Assembly (NCBI GenBank): GCA_963755125.1
Contig: CAVWIP010000012.1
Location: 64,001 to 128,000 of the forward strand
Reading direction: 5' to 3'
Origin: an uncultured delta proteobacterium
Lineage (GTDB): Bacteria; Myxococcota_A; Polyangia; Fen-1088
DNA length: 64,000 bases
Shown here: piece by piece, positions 1 through 10,585 of the stretch
Numbering within the stretch: the stretch's first letter is position 1
How the letters are laid out: each line of letters starts with the position of its first letter
Notes under the pieces: generated by a model
The model's database searches: none
What the model was told of the DNA's origin: nothing
The model's input: the letters and a program-made list of their open reading frames with translations, nothing else
Program-made: the position numbers and the translations under genes

Positions 1-1114
1 CCTGCAGTCCGCCTGCCCGCCGGCGCAGACCCTGCACCGCCTGCTCGGCTACTCGCCCACCACCGGCCGCTTCCGGCATCACCAGAACTACCGTCTGTCC
101 GCACGGGCGGTGATCGTCGACGAGGGATCGATGGTCGATCTCGCGCTCATGGATCGCTTGCTGCGTGCGCTGCGCGACGATGCCGTGTTGCTGCTCCTGG
201 GCGATGCGGATCAGTTGCCTTCGGTCGACGCCGGAGCCGTGTTCCGCGACCTCTCCAGTCTGGCTGTGCGCCTGGGCAGGAGCTTCCGCACTGACCAGGC
301 CCAGGCTGCTGGCCGTCGCATCAGCGAGTGCGCGGCGGCCGTGCGTGCCGGGGATGGCGGCCGGCTTGTCGCCTTGCTCACGCCGCGGCCCACGACTGCG
401 GAACTGGTCTTCGACGGCGCCGAGCTCGTGCCGGGTAAAGAGCGCGAGGCCGTGCTCGAACGCTGGCACCACGACCGGATCGCGGCCCTGCCCGAGTGGA
501 ACCAGTTCATCGCGCACGAGTATGTTCTTGGGCCTGAGGGATTCTCGCCCGAAGACGATGACCGCCTGACTCGCCTGCACGCGCGCTTTGCGCGCCAGCG
601 CGTGCTGTGCGTGACGCGCGAGCGACCCACCGGCGCCAACCCGGTCAATGCCTTCTTGCACAGCCTGTGTGCCGGCCCGGGCGACGAGCTTGTGCCGGGC
701 GAGCCGGTGCTGGTTTTGCACAACGACTATGAGCGCGGCCTGTGGAACGGTGACCAGGGACTCATTCTGTCCGTCGCGCAGCCCGGCCATGCGGCCCGAC
801 CGATGGCCGTGTTTCGCCTGTCCACGCCGGGAACCTCGGCCCCGCGCTGGCTGGCCGTCTCGCCCGGCACGTTGGCCGAGGGGCTGTCTTTGGCCTACGC
901 CCTGACCGTGCACAAGGCGCAGGGCTCCGAGCACGACCATGTCTTGCTGCTCTTACCCGACGCGCCTCTGCCCTTGCTCACTCGCGAACTGCTGTACACC
1001 GCGCTGACCCGCGCGAGGCACTCGGTCGTGATCTGCGGCAACGCCGACGTCCTGACGGCTGGCGTGGCCACCAGTTTGACCCGCTCCTCGGGCCTGGCCG
1101 ACAAGCTGGCATAA
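1..1114 (+). CDS. recD: Exodeoxyribonuclease V alpha subunit (RecD-type SF1 helicase), 5'-truncated by the window edge
   Basis: Frame is open from position 2 (TLHRLLGY). SF1 motifs: IVDEGSMVD, LLGDADQLPSV, LWNGDQG, YALTVHKAQGSE, RELLYTALTRAR. Confidence 0.85.
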   Translation, partial: LQSACPPAQTLHRLLGYSPTTGRFRHHQNYRLSARAVIVDEGSMVDLALMDRLLRALRDDAVLLLLGDADQLPSVDAGAVFRDLSSLAVRLGRSFRTDQAQAAGRRISECAAAVRAGDGGRLVALLTPRPTTAELVFDGAELVPGKEREAVLERWHHDRIAALPEWNQFIAHEYVLGPEGFSPEDDDRLTRLHARFARQRVLCVTRERPTGANPVNAFLHSLCAGPGDELVPGEPVLVLHNDYERGLWNGDQGLILSVAQPGHAARPMAVFRLSTPGTSAPRWLAVSPGTLAEGLSLAYALTVHKAQGSEHDHVLLLLPDAPLPLLTRELLYTALTRARHSVVICGNADVLTAGVATSLTRSSGLADKLA

Positions 1115-1243
1115 CTATTGTCGCGACCCTTTCGGATGCGTGTCAGAACCAGACACGGTGCTCCGGGCGCCTGGACGGCCGCGTGCTAGCCTTGTTGGGT
1201 AAACGCGAGCTACGTCGATAGACACTCAACGAGGCTACCGTCG

Positions 1244-2458
1244 GTGGCGAAGTCAGAAACTGAAGATGCGCCCGTGACACCGATTCCGGCGGTGTCGCAC
1301 GAGCGCGCCAGCCCCGCCAGGCTGGAGGCGGAGGTGCGGATCGTCAGCCAGAGCCCCATCGTGAGCGCGCTGCTGGAGGCCGCGGACGCGGGGCTGCTGG
1401 TGCTCAACCACGAACGGCAGATCCTGGCCGCCAACCGCGCGCCCTTGCTGGAGAGCCTGCGGCACAAACGGCGCAGCATCGGCTTGCGGCCCGGCGAGTT
1501 CTTCGCGTGTCCCCGCGCCGCTGAGCAGCCGCAGGGTTGTGGTGCTGGCGAGCACTGCCTGGCGTGCGGAACCTTCCAGGCGGTCACCCAGTCGCAGGCC
1601 GGCCGGATCACCGTCGAGCAGGAGTGCCTACTGACCTCGGGTGACGGCGCGGACGCCACGCCGCTGGAATTGAACGTGCGCGCCACTCAGGTGGACATCG
1701 GCGGCAAGGACTACACTGTGGTGTCCCTGCGCGACATCAGTCATGAAAAACGCCGTCAGGCGCTGGAGCGGATTTTCTTCCACGACGTCCTCAACACGCT
1801 GTCGGCACTGTCCAACTGGACCCACCTGCTCAACAACTCCGATGGCGAGCGGCAAGACCGCGCACGCGAGCGTGTCAGCCGCTTGGTGGGCCAGCTTGAA
1901 CGGGAGATCCAGCTCCAGCGCACGCTGCTGGAGGCCGAACAGGGCACGCTGCGGCCCCAGCGCGTCGCGGTCGCGCCGGCGGCGCTGCTCGCCGATCTGC
2001 GCGGCACGTTCGCGGACACGCAGGCCGCCCGGCAGCGCAGCCTGACAGTGGAAGATCGCTGCCCCAGCGTGGAACTCGTCACCGATCCCGTGCTGCTCGG
2101 CCGGGTGTTGACCAACATGGTGAAGAATGCGTTCGAGGCCACGCCAGTCGGCGGCCAGGTTCGTCTGTGGTGCGAGCGCCAGACCGCTCCGAGTGCCGCC
2201 AGCGAGCTGGCGCCGCGCGACCTGATTGCGTTCCACGTGCACAACCCGGGTGAGATCCCGCCGGCGGTTGCAGCGCGCATCTTCCGGCGCTCGTTCACCA
2301 CCAAGACCGGCACGGGACACGGACTGGGCACCTATGGCATGCGATTGCTGGGCGAGCGCTACCTGGGGGGCCGGGTCAGCTTCACCACTAGCGCCGCAGA
2401 GGGCACAGTGTTTTCGATCCGTCTGCCGCTGCCCGCGGCGGTCGCCGCGGGGATTTGA
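1244..2458 (+). CDS. Cytoplasmic sensor histidine kinase with Cys-rich PAS-like input region
   Basis: H-box FFHDVLNT, N-box NMVKNAFEA, F/G2 boxes IFRRSFTTKTGTGHGLGTY. No TM segment. GTG start uncertain. Confidence 0.85.
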   Translation: MAKSETEDAPVTPIPAVSHERASPARLEAEVRIVSQSPIVSALLEAADAGLLVLNHERQILAANRAPLLESLRHKRRSIGLRPGEFFACPRAAEQPQGCGAGEHCLACGTFQAVTQSQAGRITVEQECLLTSGDGADATPLELNVRATQVDIGGKDYTVVSLRDISHEKRRQALERIFFHDVLNTLSALSNWTHLLNNSDGERQDRARERVSRLVGQLEREIQLQRTLLEAEQGTLRPQRVAVAPAALLADLRGTFADTQAARQRSLTVEDRCPSVELVTDPVLLGRVLTNMVKNAFEATPVGGQVRLWCERQTAPSAASELAPRDLIAFHVHNPGEIPPAVAARIFRRSFTTKTGTGHGLGTYGMRLLGERYLGGRVSFTTSAAEGTVFSIRLPLPAAVAAGI

Positions 2459-2522
2459 TCTTCGCCGCTAGCCTGCGGGGGAGCCGCCGCGCCGGCCGCT
2501 CGATTCTACACCATGCCCACAC

Positions 2523-2546
2523 GGGGCGACCGCAGGTCGCGCCCAC
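2523..2546. repeat. Degenerate solo copy of the GTAG-type REP palindrome
   Basis: GGGCGACCGCAGGTCGC is identical to the core of the REP at 30159-30181; the tail is GCCCAC instead of CCCTAC. Confidence 0.6.
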
Positions 2547-2632
2547 ACACGCCGGTCGATGCGCGCGGGGTTGTCAGGGCCACGGTCACAGCTTCTGGCA
2601 CCGCCACCGCCCCTGTCCCCGTTCGCGGCTCT

Positions 2633-2656
2633 GCCACGGCCACGGCCACGGCCACG
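2633..2656. repeat. Short tandem repeat (GCCACG)x4
   Basis: gccacggccacggccacggccacg in the intergenic region upstream of glnS. Confidence 0.75.
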
Positions 2657-2728
2657 ACCTTCTGCGACTACCTGGGGATTCCCTTCTTCAATTGGACATT
2701 GTCCGTCGATGACCGTAGTTTTGCCTCC

Positions 2729-4423
2729 ATGAGCGGCTCTGAAAACAATCCAGCCCCAGCCACGAACTTCCTGGAAGAGATCGTCAACGACGATCTCGCG
2801 CAGGGGAAGAACCAGGGGCGCGTACACACCCGGTTTCCGCCCGAGCCCAATGGCTACCTGCACATCGGCCACGCCAAGTCCATCTGCCTCAACTTCGGCC
2901 TGGCGGCGAAGTACGCCGGCAAGTGCAACCTGCGCTACGACGACACCAACCCCAGCACCGAGGACGTGGAGTACGTGGAGTCCATCGAAGAGGACGTGGC
3001 CTGGCTAGGCTTCCGCTGGAACGGCCAGCCGCTCTATGCCTCGGACTACTTCGACGAGATCTATCGGCTGACCGAGATCCTGATCGAGAACGACAAGGCC
3101 TACGTCGACGACCTGTCGGCCGAGCAGATCAGCGAGTACCGCGGCAACTTCTACAAGCCGGGCCAGGACAGTCCCTTTCGCAACCGCCCGGTGGCCGAGA
3201 ATCTGGATCTTTTTCGCCGCATGCGGGCGGGCGAATTTGCCGACGGCTCGCGTGTGCTGCGCGCCAAGATCGACATGCGCCACCCCAACCTCAACATGCG
3301 CGACCCGCCGCTCTACCGCATCAAGAAGGCGCCCCACCACCGCACCGGCGACAAGTGGTGCATCTACCCGATGTACGACTATGCCCATCCCATCTCCGAC
3401 GCACTGGAAGGGATCACGCATTCCATCTGCACTCTGGAATTCGAGGACCACCGCCCACTGTACGACTGGACCATCGAGAACCTGCCGCTCACTTACCGGC
3501 CGCGCCAGATCGAGTTCGCGCGACTGAACCTGACCTACACCTTGATGAGCAAGCGCAAGCTGCTTCAGCTCGTCGAGGAGAAGCTGGTTTCAGGCTGGAA
3601 CGATCCGCGCATGCCGAGCCTGAGCGGCCTGCGCCGGCGCGGCTACACGCCCGAGGCCATCCGCGCCTTTGCCGAACGCATCGGCGTGGCCAAGAACGAC
3701 AGCATCGTGGACGTGAGCCTGCTGGAATTCGCCATTCGCGAGGATCTGGAAAAGCGCGCGCCACGGGCCATGGCGGTGCTGCGACCGCTCAAGATCGTCA
3801 TCGACAACTTCCCCGAGGGCCAGGTGGAGTGGTTCGAGGCGGCCAACCATCCCGACAATCCTGCGATGGGCACGCGCAAGATTCCCTTCACCAAGGTCGT
3901 GTACATCGAGCGCGACGACTTCTGCGAGGTGCCGCCCAAGAAGTGGTTCCGGCTTTCGCCGGGCGCGGAGATTCGTCTGCGCTGGGCCTGCCTGATCAGA
4001 TGCGTGAGCGTGGTCAAGAACGCGGCGGGTGAAATTGAGGAACTGCACTGCACCTGGGATCCTGCCTCGCGCGGAGGCGACGCGCCCGACGGCCGGCGGG
4101 TCAAGGGCACCTCGCACTGGGTTTCTGCCGCGCACGCCAAGCCGGCGATGGTGCGCCTGTATGACCGCCTGTTCACCAAGGCAAATCCTGGCGAAGGCGG
4201 CGCGGATTTCCGCACCTGCCTCAATCCCAATTCATTGCAGGTGGTGTCCGACGCGCAAATCGAGCCGGCCCTGGCCGAGGCCGCGCCCGGCAGCCGCTTC
4301 CAGTTCGAGCGATTGGGCTATTTCTGTGTGGACACGCTGGACTCCAAGCCCGGCCAGCCGGTATTCAACCGCACCGTGGCCTTGCGCGATTCGTGGGCCA
4401 AGCTGGCGGAGACCACGAAGTAG
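2729..4423 (+). CDS. glnS: Glutamine--tRNA ligase
   Basis: [15 protein letters not shown] (HIGH motif), [33 protein letters not shown]. Start placed at ATG 2729 because the upstream in-frame extension is repeat DNA. Confidence 0.96.
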   Translation: MSGSENNPAPATNFLEEIVNDDLAQGKNQGRVHTRFPPEPNGYLHIGHAKSICLNFGLAAKYAGKCNLRYDDTNPSTEDVEYVESIEEDVAWLGFRWNGQPLYASDYFDEIYRLTEILIENDKAYVDDLSAEQISEYRGNFYKPGQDSPFRNRPVAENLDLFRRMRAGEFADGSRVLRAKIDMRHPNLNMRDPPLYRIKKAPHHRTGDKWCIYPMYDYAHPISDALEGITHSICTLEFEDHRPLYDWTIENLPLTYRPRQIEFARLNLTYTLMSKRKLLQLVEEKLVSGWNDPRMPSLSGLRRRGYTPEAIRAFAERIGVAKNDSIVDVSLLEFAIREDLEKRAPRAMAVLRPLKIVIDNFPEGQVEWFEAANHPDNPAMGTRKIPFTKVVYIERDDFCEVPPKKWFRLSPGAEIRLRWACLIRCVSVVKNAAGEIEELHCTWDPASRGGDAPDGRRVKGTSHWVSAAHAKPAMVRLYDRLFTKANPGEGGADFRTCLNPNSLQVVSDAQIEPALAEAAPGSRFQFERLGYFCVDTLDSKPGQPVFNRTVALRDSWAKLAETTK

Positions 4424-4466
4424 ACAGCGGCCGATAGCTGGCACCGCAAATGTGCATAGTTTCGCC

Positions 4467-4845
4467 ATGATCGCGGCTACGGAGGCGAGAGAGGGAAGGA
4501 TTCGGCTGAAGGACGGCCGCACGATCACGTTTGCCCAATATGGGACTGACGGCGGCACACCGGTCGTGTTTTGCCAGGGTACCCCGAGCAGCCGCCTCAT
4601 GCATCCCCCGAGGCCATCCCGTGCCGGTTCGGATCTGGCAGGGCGAGCTGGACAACAGTACGCCTCTGGGAATGGCGAAGGGAATGGCCGAACGTATTCC
4701 CTCATCCACCCTCAGCGTCCTACCGGGACAAGGACACATGTTCATTTACGGTCCACTCTGGCGCTCAATTCTCGGCGACCTTCTCGGAACTCGAAGCCGT
4801 CATCCGCCCACTCTCTCTTCCGCAGCCCCTGAACCCGCAAAATAG
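4467..4845 (+). pseudogene. Alpha/beta hydrolase relic with large internal deletion and frameshift
   Basis: N-terminal DGRTITFAQYG..GTPVVFCQGTPSSRL is joined near 4605-4622 to C-terminal VPVRIWQGELD..LPGQGH in another frame. The nucleophile elbow and cap region are absent. Confidence 0.75.
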
Positions 4846-4865
4846 GGGACAGACTCGCCCTGCTC

Positions 4866-7259
4866 TCATTTGTCGATTCTGCGCGCGTCCGCCTTCCTTC
4901 GCCTCGGAAACCACCCACCGACAACCAACCCCACCATCACTGCCAGCGACAGGAGTGTCACCAGCGCCCCCACCCGCAATCCGGGTGTTCTGAACTCCAT
5001 TGCAATCCTGTGGGTGCCGGGAGCCACGGCCACCGCACGCATGATGAGATTCGCTCTGAGGATCGGCACACTCTGGCCGTCCAGGGTGGCGTGCCATCCC
5101 TTCTCATATTGTTCCACGAACACTGCCAGCGCCGGCCGCTCAACCTGGCAAGTCGCCTGCAGGCGTTTGCTGGAATAGGAATCGAGGGCGCAGGTGCCCG
5201 GTGGCGGATCAGCCGGACCAAGAAGGGCCTGGACACCGGAAGCAGGGGCGAGCCAGACCGTGCGGCCGGCCACTACGTCTGGATCGAGGATCCGACGGAG
5301 CGCGGCTGCGTCGTCCGCCACCTGGGCCTGTCCGACCAGAAACACCTGCGGCAGTGCGCCGGGGACGCGGTACAGCCGCGTGCCCGGCAAGGGATCGAGC
5401 ATAGGCTTGATGCCCGTGCGCTTCTCGGGATCCCGCGGATCCTCGACCGGCAACAGGGCATAGCGCGCCCCGAGCAAACGCAACACCGATTGTCCTTCGG
5501 CCAACCCGGATTTCCAGATGTGATCGAACGCCACCGGAATGGCGGCATCGTAGCCGGGCAAAGTGGCAATGCCCCAATTGTTGGCAGTATTGGTAATCAA
5601 GGTTTGCAATAGCCGCAACTCGCCCAATTCGGGCGGAGGTGGCGGCACGAACTGGCCCACGTAGCGCAATGCATTGTCGGCGCGATAGAGACGCGGCGGC
5701 TCGCCGTGGCCAGGGCTGTCCGCCAACACTGCCCGCGCCGCCGGCGGAATCGCGCCGGCCAGCATGCGCGGACTGTAGCTCAACAGCGGCAGGGTGGCGA
5801 CGGCCAGGTCCGCGGTCACGCTGACCGCGAGCAGCCAGGCCGCGAGGCGCGGGCGACGTCCGGCCAGCAACTGGATCGCCAGCACGCACCCCACACCGGC
5901 TGCTCCGTGCAAAGCGCCCGCGGTCACGTGACGGGCCCAGCCAGCGGGCAACATGAAGTGCGCTCCAGCGGCCGACCCAAGCCCCAGCGCCAGCAGAATG
6001 GCGTTCCGTCTCCACGGCTGGCGCTGACTGGAAAGAATGCGCTCCGCACCCAGGGCGGCCAGCAGCACCGTCCAGCCGACGAACAGCACGGTGTACTTCT
6101 CGGGGAACCGCATGTACGCCATGGGCGGAACCAGGTGCCGGAACCACCCATGCACGGGCAGGTACTTGCCAAACGCGAGCAGCAAGACAAAACCAGCACA
6201 GCCAGCCAGGGCAGAAGCCAGCGCGCGCCGCCGCCCGAAGGCCGCTAGTGCCAGCCCAACCACGCTCGCACCCAGGTACATGCTGAACGAAAGCGGCAAG
6301 TGCCCGAGGCGCGCGTCACCGATCCAGCGCCGGGTAGGGGCGAAGTCCTCGGAGTTCCCCATCGAACCGGGCGCCACGAACTCGAACAGGCGCAGCGGGT
6401 GCAGCGACCAGCCCTCGGCGTCGGCCTTGCGCAACGGTTCCGCCCGCTCGCTGCTGGTCATTAGCGCGCGCACCGGGACCAGAACCACCGCGCTCACACC
6501 AGCACCCAGCGCGAGCGTCAGTGCAAAAGCACCCAGCCGGCGGCGTGGAAAGTGGGCCGCTGCAGATTGGCCACGCTCGACCATCCCCACCACCGCCACC
6601 GTGGCCAGGGCGAAGCCCACGCCCATCAGGGCCACGAACAGCTCGCCCAGCAGCAGGGCGCACGCGGTGGGCACGGCGGCCTTCACCACGCCCACGAGCC
6701 AGCCGCGATCGTTGCGGCGCAGGCTGTCGAGCAAGGCCAGATGCCCGACGGCAATCCAGGGTAGCCAGGAGCCCCCCAGCATGCGCAGCCCCGACGCCCA
6801 CTGTGCCGTGGTGTAGCCGGAAAGCCCCCAGGCCAGGGCGGCGATCGCGGCGGCCACGGGCGAAGCCTTGAATCGCCTGGCCAGCAGGAGCATACCGGCG
6901 CTGCCCCACAGAAGATGGAGCAGATCCTGCCAGCTGACCATGCTGCCGACCCACCCGTCGGGGACGAGCAGATAGAACCAGTTGGGTGGGTAAAAGACGC
7001 CGTACTGCGGATTGCCGAAGACAGCGAAGCCGAGCGCCTGGAGCGGATTCCACTCTGGCAACTCGCCGCGCAGGAACGAGTCGCGCAGGAGCCAGCGCAG
7101 GGGAAACAGATAGTGGGCCACGTCGCGCTGGAATACGATCTGCCCCAGAAACAGCGGCGTGTGCAGCACGCAGAGAACCAGCTCGACGGCGAGCAAGGCG
7201 CGCCAGGCTTGCCCGCTGGCCCGACCTGCTTCCATACTGCGCGGATCCGTAGTGTTCAT
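4866..7259 (-). CDS. YfhO-family (GT-C-like) polytopic membrane protein
   Basis: RDVAHYLFP..LPEWNP..NPQYGVFYPPN, many TM helices, RFPEKY, and the YfhO C-terminal signature EQYEKGWHATLDG..RANLIMRAVAVAPGTHRI. Confidence 0.85.
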   Translation of the reverse strand: MNTTDPRSMEAGRASGQAWRALLAVELVLCVLHTPLFLGQIVFQRDVAHYLFPLRWLLRDSFLRGELPEWNPLQALGFAVFGNPQYGVFYPPNWFYLLVPDGWVGSMVSWQDLLHLLWGSAGMLLLARRFKASPVAAAIAALAWGLSGYTTAQWASGLRMLGGSWLPWIAVGHLALLDSLRRNDRGWLVGVVKAAVPTACALLLGELFVALMGVGFALATVAVVGMVERGQSAAAHFPRRRLGAFALTLALGAGVSAVVLVPVRALMTSSERAEPLRKADAEGWSLHPLRLFEFVAPGSMGNSEDFAPTRRWIGDARLGHLPLSFSMYLGASVVGLALAAFGRRRALASALAGCAGFVLLLAFGKYLPVHGWFRHLVPPMAYMRFPEKYTVLFVGWTVLLAALGAERILSSQRQPWRRNAILLALGLGSAAGAHFMLPAGWARHVTAGALHGAAGVGCVLAIQLLAGRRPRLAAWLLAVSVTADLAVATLPLLSYSPRMLAGAIPPAARAVLADSPGHGEPPRLYRADNALRYVGQFVPPPPPELGELRLLQTLITNTANNWGIATLPGYDAAIPVAFDHIWKSGLAEGQSVLRLLGARYALLPVEDPRDPEKRTGIKPMLDPLPGTRLYRVPGALPQVFLVGQAQVADDAAALRRILDPDVVAGRTVWLAPASGVQALLGPADPPPGTCALDSYSSKRLQATCQVERPALAVFVEQYEKGWHATLDGQSVPILRANLIMRAVAVAPGTHRIAMEFRTPGLRVGALVTLLSLAVMVGLVVGGWFPRRRKADARRIDK

Positions 7260-7284
7260 GCTGCGGCCTGCTCGTCGGAGAACG

Positions 7285-9654
7285 TCACGACCGCCTCCGA
7301 CCCGGACGCCGCACCAGCGCCAGCGCGAGGAGCGCGAGCGCCGACAGCAGCGTGACCGATGCGCCGGCCCGCAAGCCGGCCGGTGAATACGCGAGCACAA
7401 TGGTGTGACTGCCCGGCTCGACGGCAATCGCCCGCATGTTCAGGTTGGCGCGCAGCACTGGCGCTGGCCGGCCGTCCACCGTCGCGCTCCACCCCTGGTC
7501 GTACTGCTCGTTGAAGACGGCCAGCGCGTGCTGCCCAGCAGCACAGTCGGCCTCCAGGCGTAGATTGCCAAACGACTCCAGCCGGCAGGTGCCGGCCCGG
7601 CCCGCCGGAACCAGCAACGGATGGGCCTCCGTGCTGGGCGCCAACCACACGCTCTCGCCCGCGACGACTGACGGCTCGTACAAACGGGACAGCGCGATCG
7701 AGTCGGGCACGACCTCGGCGTGGGCAGCCAGAAACACGCGCGGCAGGCTGTCCGTCACGCGATAAAGCCGCGCGCCCGGCAAGGGATCAGAAAGCGACTG
7801 TATGCCAGTGCGCGCGGGGATCGGCCCGTGCGGATCGCGCACTGGCAGCAGCACGTAGTCGACCCCAAAGAGCCGCAGGGCCGCCAAACGATCGACCTGG
7901 CCCGCTGCCCACGCGCGTTGCAGACGACTGGGAATGGCCGCGTCGTAGCCCGGCACCATGGCGATGCCCCATGCGTTGGCCGTGTTGGTGACCAGCGTCT
8001 GCAGCAGTCGGGCCTCGCCTTGCGCGTGGTTCGATGCCTGGGTCCACGCCATCACCGTGCCGGTCACCGCCTCCGAGCGGAACAGCCGGGGCGGCTCGGC
8101 ATGACCAGCATGATCGGCCAGAACCGTCTGCGCTGCCCGTGGCTTGGCAGCAGCCAGCTCGCGCGGCACAAAACCCAGCAAGGGCCAGCAAGCTGCCGCC
8201 AGGTCCAGCGCCACCGTCATTACGAGCAACCCGGGCGCCAGACGCGACCCCCGCGCGGCGAGAACCTGGACCCCTAGCACCGCGAGCACGGCAACGGCCC
8301 CGTGGCGCAGCCCATGCACCATGTACCCGGACCAGGGAAACGGAAAAACGAAGGGCGACGCGATCCCGAACCCGACGATCAATGCGAGGAGGATCGCAGT
8401 CCGGCGCCAGGGTTGCTCCCGTCCAGACAGGATCCGACGGCTGCCTTCACTGGCCAGAAGCGCAAGCCCGAGCACGGCAAGGATCGTGTATTTCTCCGGC
8501 GCGCGCATGAAGGAAAACGGGAACAGCACGCGCCGGAGAACGGCGTGCACAGGCAAGTGCTTGCCCAAGGCGACGAGCAAGGCAAAGCCGCTCAGCCCAG
8601 CTAGGGCAAGCACAAAGGGGCGTTTGCGGCGGAAAGCAGCCAGCGCCAAGGCCAGCACGCTGGCGCCCATGTACACGCTGTATGAAAGCGGCAAGCCGTC
8701 TGTTCTCGCCTCGCCCACCCAGCGGCTGGCCGGATATTCGCCGTAGGCATCGCCCATGGAGCCCGGCGCGACGAACTCAATGAAACGCAGCGGGTGCAAC
8801 GAGTGCACCTCGGACTCCGCACGCGAAAGCGGCGCTGCCCGATCGCTGCCCGACATGTGCGCGCGCGCCGGAACCAGCACCACCGCCCCCACGCCGCCAG
8901 CGAGCAGCAGGGCCAGCGCGACCGCAGCAGCCCAGCGACGGGAAAAGCGGGGCAAGGCAGGGTCGGCATGCCGTTCGAGAATCTGCGCGGAGGCCAGCAA
9001 CGCCAGGGCGAAGCCCACGCCCATCATGGCCAGGAACAACTCGCCCATCAGAAGGGCCAATGCCGTGGGCAGGGCGGCCTTGACCACGCCCAGGCGCCAG
9101 CGACGGGCCCCGGCGCGCAAACTGTCGAGCAGCGCCAGTTGCCCCACCGCTGCCCAGGGAATCCACGCGGCCGCGTGCAGGCGCAGGCCCGCTGTCCACT
9201 GCGAGGTCAGGTAGCCCGACAAAGCCCAGGCGAGCGCCGCCACCATCGCCGACACGGGCGTTGCCCGGAATCGCCGCGCCAGCCAGAACACGCCCGCGCT
9301 GCCCCACAGGAGGTGCGCGAAGTCCTGCCAGGTGAGCATGGCGCCGACCCAATTGCGGCCAACCAGCAGGAACAGCCAGTTGGGAGGATAGAACACGCCG
9401 TACAGCGGATTGGACAGGACGGGAAGACCCAGCCCCTGCAGCGGATTCCAGGCCGGCAACTCTCCACGCAGCAGGGAATCGCGCACGAAGATCCGGGCCG
9501 GGAAGATCCAGTGCGCGATGTCGCGAAAGAAAACGATCCGTCCGAAAAAGATCGGCACGTACACCACGGCCAGCGCCAGCGCGACCCAGAGAAAGGCGCG
9601 CCACGCGGAGTGCGAAGCCTTGCCTGGTTGGTCGGATGATGGATCCGCGTTCAC
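7285..9654 (-). CDS. YfhO-family (GT-C-like) membrane protein, tandem paralogue of the gene at 4866-7259
   Basis: RDIAHWIFP..LPAWNP..NPLYGVFYPPN and EQYDQGWSATVDG..RANLNMRAIAVEPGSHTI. Collinear with its neighbour. GTG start at 9654 inferred. Confidence 0.85.
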   Translation of the reverse strand: MNADPSSDQPGKASHSAWRAFLWVALALAVVYVPIFFGRIVFFRDIAHWIFPARIFVRDSLLRGELPAWNPLQGLGLPVLSNPLYGVFYPPNWLFLLVGRNWVGAMLTWQDFAHLLWGSAGVFWLARRFRATPVSAMVAALAWALSGYLTSQWTAGLRLHAAAWIPWAAVGQLALLDSLRAGARRWRLGVVKAALPTALALLMGELFLAMMGVGFALALLASAQILERHADPALPRFSRRWAAAVALALLLAGGVGAVVLVPARAHMSGSDRAAPLSRAESEVHSLHPLRFIEFVAPGSMGDAYGEYPASRWVGEARTDGLPLSYSVYMGASVLALALAAFRRKRPFVLALAGLSGFALLVALGKHLPVHAVLRRVLFPFSFMRAPEKYTILAVLGLALLASEGSRRILSGREQPWRRTAILLALIVGFGIASPFVFPFPWSGYMVHGLRHGAVAVLAVLGVQVLAARGSRLAPGLLVMTVALDLAAACWPLLGFVPRELAAAKPRAAQTVLADHAGHAEPPRLFRSEAVTGTVMAWTQASNHAQGEARLLQTLVTNTANAWGIAMVPGYDAAIPSRLQRAWAAGQVDRLAALRLFGVDYVLLPVRDPHGPIPARTGIQSLSDPLPGARLYRVTDSLPRVFLAAHAEVVPDSIALSRLYEPSVVAGESVWLAPSTEAHPLLVPAGRAGTCRLESFGNLRLEADCAAGQHALAVFNEQYDQGWSATVDGRPAPVLRANLNMRAIAVEPGSHTIVLAYSPAGLRAGASVTLLSALALLALALVRRPGRRRS

Positions 9655-9755
9655 GATGATCTCGCCAGCGCCATCATACCGCCGAGGCGGCGACCACGGT
9701 CGCTGATCTCCCCGCCCTGCTTCGCCGACTGTGCCAGAAGTGGTACTATTCCTGC

Positions 9756-10178
9756 GTGACCGTAGAGGAGCTGACAGGCCGTCTGATCGCTGCGCTGCAA
9801 GGACGGCCCGAGGTGCGCTTGGCATTTCTCTTTGGCTCGGCGGTCACCCGGGGTCCGGATCTCGCCCGCGACCTCGATGTGGCGGTCGCGTTCGCACAGC
9901 CCCTGTCGCTGCTGCAGCAGTGCGCGCTGTGCGCCCAGCTCGAACAAATCGTGGGGCGCGAGATCGATCTGGTCGACCTCGACGGCGCTTCCACCCTGTT
10001 GCGCTGGGAGGTGGTCCGCAACGGCATCGCGCTGGCGGCAAAAGACAGGCGTGACCTCGTCGATTTCCGCGCCCGCGTGCCGCTCGAGTACTTCGATCTT
10101 CAGCCGTACCTCGAACGCGAGGCCGACGGGCTTCGCCGTGCTCTGGAGAAATCCCGATGGTCCGCGTCGACCTCGTGA
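9756..10178 (+). CDS. mntA: MNT-family nucleotidyltransferase antitoxin (MntA-like)
   Basis: FLFGS-AVTRGPDLAR-DLD matches GSX10DXD; also EIDLVDL. 140 aa, overlaps the downstream HEPN gene. Confidence 0.85.
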   Translation: MTVEELTGRLIAALQGRPEVRLAFLFGSAVTRGPDLARDLDVAVAFAQPLSLLQQCALCAQLEQIVGREIDLVDLDGASTLLRWEVVRNGIALAAKDRRDLVDFRARVPLEYFDLQPYLEREADGLRRALEKSRWSASTS

Positions 10179-10585
10179 GGGACAAGATTGGGCGCCTGCG
10201 CGACACAGCGGCGTGGCTGCGCGCGTGTCTTCCCGAGCAAGCTTCCGCGATGGCTGCCAGCCGCGATGTGCGCGATCTGGTGTCGTTCCGCGTGTACCTG
10301 GTCATGCAGGAAGCCATCGACCTGTGCTCGCACGTCATTGCCGACCAGGGTTGGGGGCCGGTCCCCAGCCTGCGAGACCATTTCGGCCTGCTGGCCGAGA
10401 AGGGCGTGCTGTCTTCCGACCTGGCCGGTCGTCTTTCCGCGGGAGTGAAGTTGCGAAACCTGGTCGGCCACGGCTACGCCGAGGTGGACCCCACCAAGAT
10501 GCAGGCGGCCGCGAGCGAGCTCGCGGGGCTGGTCGACCCGTTCTGCAACGCCATCCTCGCCTTCGCCGAGAGTCACCCGTCCTGA
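10157..10585 (+). CDS. hepT: HEPN/DUF86 ribonuclease toxin (HepT-like)
   Basis: RNLVGHGY matches RX4HXY. 142 aa, directly downstream of the MNT gene. Confidence 0.85.
   Translation: MVRVDLVRDKIGRLRDTAAWLRACLPEQASAMAASRDVRDLVSFRVYLVMQEAIDLCSHVIADQGWGPVPSLRDHFGLLAEKGVLSSDLAGRLSAGVKLRNLVGHGYAEVDPTKMQAAASELAGLVDPFCNAILAFAESHPS

Noticed and set aside
2513..2728. 72-aa N-terminal extension of GlnRS (ATATATAT) in the ORF track
   Set aside because: It translates the REP copy and the GCCACG repeat. GlnRS similarity begins after ATG 2729.
4839..4856. AAAATAGGGGACAGAC resembling a second REP or IS-end family
   Set aside because: Single copy with no inverted partner or transposase in the window.
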